A stretch of DNA of 64,000 nucleotides from NCBI GenBank assembly GCA_963718875.1, contig OY970378.1, positions 68,396 through 132,395 of the forward strand, read 5' to 3'. The DNA is from Candidatus Parcubacteria bacterium. Its GTDB lineage: Bacteria > Patescibacteriota > Saccharimonadia > UBA4664 > JBIOIQ01. Position numbers and translations under genes: made by a program. The notes below the pieces were generated by a model, which saw only the letters and a program-made list of their open reading frames with translations, made no database searches and was not told the origin of the DNA. This document shows, in pieces, positions 58,154-64,000 of the stretch. Position 1 is the first letter of the stretch. Every line of letters begins with the position of its first letter.

Positions 58154-58450
58154 GATCGCTTGTCTGATCCCGTTCCGAACCACACAGAGAAGCAAGAGAA
58201 GTTGCAAACTCAGGGTTCGAACGCCGCCTGGCGGAAGTTCCAGGACCATAGCCGCAACAATCAATCAATTTCTGGACGTTCGGCCAATGTTCGTTCAAGC
58301 CCGCCACGGTATAACGACAAAGAGGGTTTCTTTTTGTAGTTTGTGTAAGCGGGTGTAATCGATGTTGTGCCGGTCTAGGCTTCCTGCGTGGAATGATACA
58401 GAATACTGATCGCGTCATGGATTCCTGGGTTTGAAAGCTGTCCGATTAGG

Positions 58451-58668
58451 GGCACCATCAAATTTCATGTGTGTAATTACACAAAAGTATGGAAAAGAGA
58501 CTTAGCAAAGTCTCTTTTTTGTATTTAGGGGGTAGCCGTCGCATGTATCAATTGCAAGCAACTTAGTAAGAAATCGCTCTACCCCCTCTCGCTCGCTCCG
58601 CTTGAAGTCTGTAATTTTGCATAGTGATCCAACTTCTTGCAATGTGGTTCAATGCCGATTCATTTTTG
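58451..58668. repeat. att-like repeat E, copy 2
   Basis: GCACCATCAAATTTCATGTGTGTAATTACACAAAAG...terminator...GGTTCAATGCCGATTCATTTTT; preceded by D+ copy 2. Confidence 0.8.
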
Positions 58669-58720
58669 AGGGCTTAGGCTTTTGCCACTACGAGTAAGCT
58701 AGAACCCCGTATCCAGCTAT

Positions 58721-59272
58721 TTGTTTCGGGAAGGACATCTGGCTGTGTGTTGGGAGAGAGCAATCAGTGTCTATTTTGGAAGTGAGGGCGGCGGGTGTAC
58801 AATTAATACAATGCATGGATCCACGAGACGTATATCCTCACTGACACTGCTAATAGGTGTGCTGGGAGTTCTTTACGTATCTTGGACTTTGAGCTCTAGT
58901 TTTACCGGCGAACAGAAGGCCGACCCCCAGCTACAAATTCTTCGCCACGATCCAATGGCATCTTGGGATCCCTCTGTTGTAACTGGGACTGAGCAGAGAA
59001 CCGAGCGAGCCTCAAGTGACGGGTTAATAACCGGTACGAACGCCAAGCTCCTGCGCGTTATTCCTCTATCGACTGAGGTTGGTGTACTTGACGAAGCATC
59101 ACGAGCCGCAGCGTCCGCGGGATGGGTATTGCAGGATCGAGCGCAGGCCGATACTATTATTGGTTCCCGAAACATAGAAGCACACGTGGTAACTATTAGT
59201 CTGAGCCTGTTACGACCGCCTGACTCAGGTATCAATGGACCAACTCTTTTGATCAGCCTGACAGGGACCTGA
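58721..59272 (+). CDS. secreted/membrane-anchored hypothetical protein (island)
   Basis: Probable start at the internal MHGSTRRISSLTLLIGVLGVLYVSW (signal anchor); followed by hairpin element B copy 3. Confidence 0.4.
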   Translation: MFREGHLAVCWERAISVYFGSEGGGCTINTMHGSTRRISSLTLLIGVLGVLYVSWTLSSSFTGEQKADPQLQILRHDPMASWDPSVVTGTEQRTERASSDGLITGTNAKLLRVIPLSTEVGVLDEASRAAASAGWVLQDRAQADTIIGSRNIEAHVVTISLSLLRPPDSGINGPTLLISLTGT

Positions 59273-59504
59273 CAGGCTGATCGTCTGTCAGGCAGATGCC
59301 GACGCCTCCCAGGCCAAGGCTTCTCGCCAATCCTGGGAGGCGCCTTGCGTTAAGATCACCCCTTAATAGCAAATGTTGAGCTTCCTATATAGAGTTCAAG
59401 AAAGGCCGTTGGCAAGTAGCTTTTTCTTTGTTTTTATTTTCTCACGTCTCAATATGTACCTATCGCTATTCCGGCGAACTTATTGGGCGGAAGAGGAGCA
59501 CTGA

Positions 59505-59936
59505 ATGACCAACCCGTTCCAGCAGTTGTCTGACGACGAGGTTGCAGCCAGGATAGCTACCTGTCGTCATCTGTTGACCCGGCTCGGCGTAGTCCGCGTG
59601 CACATCGGCCGTGCTTTGCCGATGAGCGAGCTGACCGTTGTCGAGCTCGATGACCGCACCGCCCACATGCAGGCCCTACTCGACACCAAGGGCCAGCCGG
59701 AATCAGTCCGTGACGCAGCAGTGGAAGCCGCTGCCCTGCGCCGCGAGTTCGAGGTCATGGAGTATCTGCTCCAGCACCCCCACGCATCGCTGTTGTCTAC
59801 CGATACCCTCGGGCCTCCGCCCGTTTCGGAGGGTCCCGGCGTGGTGTTGCCAGTCGGAGGTCCTTCGTCCGCAGTGGTGACTCTGTTGCGAGCCAGAAGG
59901 GCTGTTCCCGTCCCTGCCATGGCCATGGCGGCCTAG
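59505..59936 (+). CDS. hypothetical protein (island)
   Basis: 143 aa, high GC, followed by the diverged hairpin element B copy 4. Confidence 0.4.
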   Translation: MTNPFQQLSDDEVAARIATCRHLLTRLGVVRVHIGRALPMSELTVVELDDRTAHMQALLDTKGQPESVRDAAVEAAALRREFEVMEYLLQHPHASLLSTDTLGPPPVSEGPGVVLPVGGPSSAVVTLLRARRAVPVPAMAMAA

Positions 59937-60094
59937 CTGCAACCGATCATCTCCACCTAACCAAGCGACTTCAAGTCGCGACCGCCTCTCACGCAAGGCT
60001 CCTCCTTGCCTGACGGCGTCTTGCTTTAGTCACGAATCACCAAATCACACAAAACAGCCAGAGAAGCCGTGAATTCTGGGTTTGAAAGCTGTCC

Positions 60095-60317
60095 GATCAG
60101 GAGCACCATCAAATTTCATGTGTGTAATTACACAAAAGTATAGAAAAGAGACTTTGCAAAGTCTCTTTTTTGTATTTAGGGCCACTTGTCGGAGGCATCA
60201 AATGTCAAGCAATTAAGTAAGAAGCTGCTTTACCCCTCTGGTTCACTCCGTTTGAAATCTGTAATGTTGCCCAGTGATCCAGCCTCTCGCACTGTGGTTC
60301 AATGCCGAATCATTTTT
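60095..60317. repeat. att-like repeat E, copy 3 (directly fused to repeat F copy 2, 60318-60545)
   Basis: Same palindrome, terminator and core sequence. Here E runs straight into F, whereas copy 1 has 1.15 kb of cargo between them. Confidence 0.8.
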
Positions 60318-60375
60318 TGCTCTTGTAGATATACCGCATCGGCGCGACAATCGCGGTAAATAATGAGATATAGCA

Positions 60376-60531
60376 ATGAAGCAACCCAAACCCCGTCCGC
60401 AGCGCCGCGTCAGAGTAGCTGGAATTAAGAAGAAAGAGCCGAATGTTAAACTTTTCACCTTGGCTCTGATAGAGCTTGCCAGAGAACAGATGAGGACTGA
60501 GGACGAAAAGAAAGACAAGAGTATAACTTAA
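60376..60531 (+). CDS. small basic protein, 51 aa (paralog of 52442-52591)
   Basis: MKQPKPRPQRRVRVAGIKKKEPNVKLFTLALIELAREQMRTEDEKKDKSIT; not in the ORF track. Confidence 0.5.
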   Translation: MKQPKPRPQRRVRVAGIKKKEPNVKLFTLALIELAREQMRTEDEKKDKSIT

Positions 60532-60625
60532 GCGTCCCGCTCATGCTTGCCTAAATAGTTCTTACTTCAGTATAATTAGGCTATTCTTCCGCTTCCGGGC
60601 TTGGCGCTTTGTCTGTCTTATCAGA

Positions 60626-60889
60626 TTGGTAGTGCGCCCGGTCTGGAAATGCCATGACTTGAAGGCTGGAGAAACGATGCCTGATACACAAAATGAAATG
60701 GGCGACCGTCTGCTCAACGGATGTCTTGCCGCCTGGGTCATATTCGGACTTCTCGTCGGCTGGACAGGAGCTTATGAAGGCGGCTGGGAGTTCCTAGCTT
60801 CCGTAAGTGGCTTCTTGGTCACAATTGGTCTAGGAGAGTGGGTGTACGTGTTATTCCCAACATCCCTGCGCACCGCCACGAAGGAGTAA
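60626..60889 (+). CDS. small membrane protein (island)
   Basis: 87 aa, two TM helices; upstream TTGCCT-N18-TATAAT box. Confidence 0.4.
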   Translation: MVVRPVWKCHDLKAGETMPDTQNEMGDRLLNGCLAAWVIFGLLVGWTGAYEGGWEFLASVSGFLVTIGLGEWVYVLFPTSLRTATKE

Positions 60890-60894
60890 TCTCA

Positions 60895-61098
60895 ATGGAA
60901 TCTTTCCTTGTCATCGCAGCGTGGACCCTCGGTGGAGTAATCCTCGGCTGGTTCGCCCCTTACCTATCACTTGAAATCATGAACGTATCTCCGGACACGT
61001 GCGAATACCGTTCGAGCATCACGTTCATGCGATTCTTCACCACGCCTGCCATGGCGGCGTTTTTCCTCCTGACCTATCTCGAGCTCATCCGAGTCTGA
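60895..61098 (+). CDS. small membrane protein (island)
   Basis: ORF 60838-61098; likely start at MESFLVIAAW (ATG 60895); two TM helices; followed by hairpin element B copy 5. Confidence 0.4.
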   Translation: MESFLVIAAWTLGGVILGWFAPYLSLEIMNVSPDTCEYRSSITFMRFFTTPAMAAFFLLTYLELIRV

Positions 61099-61236
61099 GG
61101 GATAGCTAGTCCGCCAAGTTCTATTCGCCTCCCAGGCCAAGGCTCCTCGCCAACTCTGGGAGGTGCCTTGCGTTTTAGGGCCTCAAAGACGCTCGTGCTT
61201 GCCTTTTTAGGCTCATTTCAGTATAAGTACCCTATT

Positions 61237-61319
61237 CCTCCGCCGCAGCAATCTGAGCACTTCTTCCTTAGCACTCAGTTTGCTGCGAAACCGGAAGTAC
61301 CGGATGCGGAGGAGGACGC
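61237..61319 (+). ncRNA. conserved structured 5' leader, copy 2
   Basis: CTCCGCCGCAGCAATCTGAGCAC...GCACTCAGTTTGCTGCG...CCGGAAGTACCGG...GCGGAGGAGG; ~85% identical to 54736-54823. Confidence 0.4.
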
Positions 61320-61781
61320 GTGACAACAGACGGTGCAACCCAAACCATCGAAGAGCTGATGGCGCGCCTTTCGTGGCATACGAATTACGACGTTGAGGTT
61401 TCTGTTCTAAGCGGGATGGGGTTTTCAGCTAAGATCACCGACCCATCCTTCGGTTTGCCCGTCGTGTATGGATTCGGGATCGGCAAAACGGTTGTTGAGG
61501 CGCTCCAAAACGCCGAAAGACATGCGGAAAATCTACGAATGGCTGGGTATGTACCCACCGCTGAGCGGAACCAGCCATGCCTCAGGTGCAACAATGACGG
61601 TTTCTTGCCCGAATCGAGCCATGCAACTGGCGCTACGTGCAGATGCTCTTACGGCCGCAGGGCGCGCTTAGCGGAGCGAGCGTTTCAGGATCGGGGGCAA
61701 CAGACGGACGGTGTCACTCGAGCTTCCTCGAGAAGATCAATGGCTCCGCGAGGAAGATGTCGACGTACTGGTCCGGCTTGA
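61320..61781 (+). CDS. hypothetical protein (island), Cys-rich C-terminus
   Basis: 153 aa, GTG start; followed by hairpin element A copy 3. Confidence 0.4.
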   Translation: MTTDGATQTIEELMARLSWHTNYDVEVSVLSGMGFSAKITDPSFGLPVVYGFGIGKTVVEALQNAERHAENLRMAGYVPTAERNQPCLRCNNDGFLPESSHATGATCRCSYGRRARLAERAFQDRGQQTDGVTRASSRRSMAPRGRCRRTGPA

Positions 61782-62000
61782 TACCCAATCACATGTCCTT
61801 GACCACCGCAGGAACTGGGGTTCACGCCTCAGTTCCTGCCCCACTTTATGACTACAGGACTTCACAGATGGCTCTGTCATCTGTGAGTGTTTATTGAAGC
61901 CTCCCCGTGGACGATGGCGCACGAAAGTCGTCCAATCAGGTGTGTTATAGCTAATCCATTACTTATTGCAAAATGTAATGGTATTTGATAAAGTAATGGT

Positions 62001-62252
62001 ATGAGAACAACGCTTACCATCACTAGTAAAGGGCAGACTACTATTCCGGTTGAGATACGCAAGAAGTTAGGTATTTCAGACGATGGAGGAATTTTATCAA
62101 TTGATTTTAACGAGCAAAAAGGCGCAGCTATTATTACAAAGCCTATGAGTATTGAGCTGCTTAGTGAGATAGTCAGCAAAAATATTCAACCAGGCACTGT
62201 TCCTGTGATAGATGCAGATAGTTATTACCAAGAGCATCGAGGGAAAGAATAA
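62001..62252 (+). CDS. vapB: AbrB/MazE-fold antitoxin (VapB-like)
   Basis: MRTTLTITSKGQTTIPVEIRKKLGI swapped-hairpin motif; stop overlaps the toxin start. Confidence 0.65.
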   Translation: MRTTLTITSKGQTTIPVEIRKKLGISDDGGILSIDFNEQKGAAIITKPMSIELLSEIVSKNIQPGTVPVIDADSYYQEHRGKE

Positions 62253-62656
62253 TGTCTAAGCTGGTTGGTTCGCTAGATGCAAATGTTATTCTAAGACTGC
62301 TTTTAAATGACGTTCCGGAGCAGCATCAAGCAGCTTTGAGGCTGTTCCATGGTGCAAATGGCCAATTTGCCGTGGCAGATACCGCCATTATTGAAGTGGT
62401 TTTTGTGCTGTGCCGAGCTTACGGTTTTACCAGAGAACAAACCCGGCAAGCCGTGGCTGGTTTGATGAAACTTAGCGAACTCAACTTGAATCGAAATGCC
62501 TTTGACCTGGCATTGCCGCTATTTGTAAGTTACCCAGGGTTGTCATTTGAAGATTGCTGTTTATCGGTATACTCCCAGCTCAATGACGCCGAGCCGTTAT
62601 GGACTTTTGATAAAAAACTGGCTAATCAAGTATCGAATGCTCAATTGGCTGCGTGA
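62252..62656 (+). CDS. vapC: PIN-domain toxin VapC
   Basis: 134 aa; LDANVILRLL...D...E...D acidic quartet spacing of PIN domains. Confidence 0.6.
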   Translation: MSKLVGSLDANVILRLLLNDVPEQHQAALRLFHGANGQFAVADTAIIEVVFVLCRAYGFTREQTRQAVAGLMKLSELNLNRNAFDLALPLFVSYPGLSFEDCCLSVYSQLNDAEPLWTFDKKLANQVSNAQLAA

Positions 62657-62708
62657 TGATTTTTGCCCCCTACTGCTCTTAATTGGAGGCCCCAAACGGG
62701 GCCTTTCG

Positions 62709-63374
62709 CTATCTAACGATGGTTGATTGTTTCAATATTTGGTTGAACTCGTCGACAAAGTCATGTGAATCGGTAATAAATTCGAGGGTTTTGTCTCGGA
62801 CGGGTACAAGCACAATAATCCCATTGTGCTCCGCGTCAAATTTACCGTCCAGCCAGGTGGCGCCAATGCCCGATACTGTAACGCTTTTTTCGGTTAATCG
62901 GCCGGCTTTTACGGCGTTTTTATAGTAGGTGTCGTATAGGGTAGATTGCTTTTGGTTAATTAAGAGTGCTCTAAAGGCATAGAGGTTAGTGCGTATGCTG
63001 CGGTCGAGTTTTACAGCGACCGGGTGAAGCAGTAGGTTTACTTGGGTTAGGGCGGTTTGGTCTTCTATTACGTAGGCATTCCAATTTTTAGGGAATGAAA
63101 TTACAAAATTTCCATAAAGGTCGGGGGCTTTGTACTGACGATAAGGCAACGCATTGGCAGTAGCGTACTCCTTGTTGTCGGCATCCCTTTGGGCGGCTTG
63201 GCCTTGTTTGTAGGAGGCGGCTTTAAGTACGTCAGTGGCTTTTTGGGTTTGTTGGTTGTTGGTGTAGGCATAAATTGCCAGGATGCCAAAAATAAGTGTG
63301 CTCAAGCCCAATAGTAAGGTTGAGATAAGTAGAATGTTAACTTCGCCGCGAGTAGATCGTAATATTTTAAACAT
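62709..63374 (-). CDS. membrane-anchored hypothetical protein
   Basis: 221 aa with N-terminal TM (VNILLISTLLLGLSTLIFGILAIYAY). Confidence 0.45.
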   Translation of the reverse strand: MFKILRSTRGEVNILLISTLLLGLSTLIFGILAIYAYTNNQQTQKATDVLKAASYKQGQAAQRDADNKEYATANALPYRQYKAPDLYGNFVISFPKNWNAYVIEDQTALTQVNLLLHPVAVKLDRSIRTNLYAFRALLINQKQSTLYDTYYKNAVKAGRLTEKSVTVSGIGATWLDGKFDAEHNGIIVLVPVRDKTLEFITDSHDFVDEFNQILKQSTIVR

Positions 63375-63623
63375 GCTTGTGCTTATAATACCGAATTTTA
63401 GAGAATGCGCAAAGGACTAGAGACCTAAAATATTTGGAATTGGTCCCACGTGATCATAATTATCTAAGGCCGTATTGGCTGCAAGTTGGTACCCGGCGGT
63501 AGCTGTAGAGCTGATGCAAAGTAGTTTTTAAAAAGCTGTTGCAGGCATTCTGTAGTTCTATATAGTTAAGAGAATAAACTTCCAAAAAGCGCAAAACAAT
63601 CAATCACGCCTTTTAAACATTGT

Positions 63624-64000
63624 TTATGTTTGTACTCCGGGCCGCTCCCAGTTTGACGTGTCTAATTTAGTAAGATCGGCCGAAATGAGAAACTCGCGAC
63701 TTCGATCTTCTGGATCCTCTTCGATTAATCCTGCGCGAGCTAGGGATTCTATGGCCTGTTGGTTTGTTATTGGGATGTTCATTAATCTGTAGCTAGAGAG
63801 GGCTTGATCTCGAACCTTGTATTCTATGTCATCACCCAATAGCTTAGCTAAGACTTTTAAGGAAAAGTCATTAACAACTGATGCTCTCAATTGAGTAGCT
63901 CCATGGTCAACTGCATAGGCCAGTGAGGCTTCGATCAGTCTTTGTCCGATACCCCTATTGCGTAAAGCAGGATTTACTCGAACATATCCAGGATTGTATA
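63624..64000 (-). CDS. GNAT-family N-acetyltransferase, 5' end beyond window
   Basis: The minus-strand frame continues open to the window end; NPALRNRGIGQRLIEASLAYAVDHG is GNAT motif A (R/Q-x-x-G-x-G/A). Confidence 0.55.
   Translation of the reverse strand, partial: YNPGYVRVNPALRNRGIGQRLIEASLAYAVDHGATQLRASVVNDFSLKVLAKLLGDDIEYKVRDQALSSYRLMNIPITNQQAIESLARAGLIEEDPEDRSREFLISADLTKLDTSNWERPGVQT

Noticed and set aside
56344-58418. Minus-strand ORFs 56344-56601 and 58146-58418, both starting MTRSVFCIIP
   Set aside because: They share only the first 10 residues and then diverge through indels while the underlying DNA (the D+ repeat) stays about 90% identical, so conservation is at nucleotide level. 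This is a noncoding repeat, not paralogous proteins.
54596-61180. Hairpin B elements as integron attC sites
   Set aside because: There is no GTTRRRY R' core and no R''/L'' symmetry I can identify, the cassettes carry their own promoters, and no intI gene is present. I kept it as an attC-like analogy only.

Overview
This window looks like an origin-proximal chromosome segment from a small, compact, roughly 45-48% GC genome. By inference only, this could be a Saccharibacteria/Patescibacteria-type or other reduced Gram-positive-like organism; genes overlap at start/stop codons and use the standard genetic code. Nothing here was searched against a database or folded; all calls rest on reading the sequence.

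Main blocks, in order:
- **1-1650:** 3' part of a VanW-domain cell-wall protein gene on the minus strand that runs off the window and is missing from the ORF track.
- **1.7-4.4 kb:** two secreted or membrane-anchored proteins, one carrying three tandem ~115-aa repeats.
- **4.4-20.4 kb:** an ABC-transporter-dependent surface-glycan locus. It holds gmd, rmd and a frameshifted fcl (GDP-6-deoxyhexose supply), wzm/wzt, two methyltransferase domains, eight glycosyltransferases and an O-antigen-ligase-like gene. A BrnT/BrnA toxin-antitoxin pair flanked by direct repeats sits inside it.
- **20.5-31.4 kb:** mnmE-jag-yidC-rnpA-rpmH, a DinJ/YafQ-like TA pair, DnaA-box-like region, dnaA, then an anomalous 2.4-kb dnaA-dnaN spacer (a ~1.3-kb high-GC insert with two unknown ORFs plus an asparaginase-domain gene), then dnaN-recF-DUF721.
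- **31.4-49.4 kb:** a Gram-positive-style type IV secretion (T4SS)-like locus:
  - the ATPase VirB4 is split into separate N-domain and ATPase ORFs;
  - there are two VirB6/TrbL-like polytopic proteins, one ending in a ~60-residue polyproline tail encoded by a perfect (GGTGGC)~30 microsatellite;
  - a VirB3-like protein, two cell-wall hydrolases (M15; lysozyme-like + M23) and six tandem VirB2/TrbC-like pilin paralogs complete the set;
  - a VapBC pair is embedded in opposite orientation;
  - no VirD4, relaxase or VirB11 is visible; comFC and hsp20 follow.
- **50945-51020:** tRNA-Arg, followed by ~11 kb of high-GC foreign-looking DNA. It is built from repeated modules: three copies of a ~215-bp att-like repeat starting in the tRNA 3' end; hairpin elements after each ORF; a conserved promoter box; a shared structured 5' leader; and a duplicated 50-aa basic ORF. 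It carries about 15 small unrelated ORFs and no integrase.
- **62.0-64.0 kb:** a second VapBC pair, a membrane-anchored hypothetical and a partial GNAT acetyltransferase.

The most novel candidates are the T4SS-like locus with its six-gene pilin array and polyproline microsatellite, and the modular high-GC island at tRNA-Arg.
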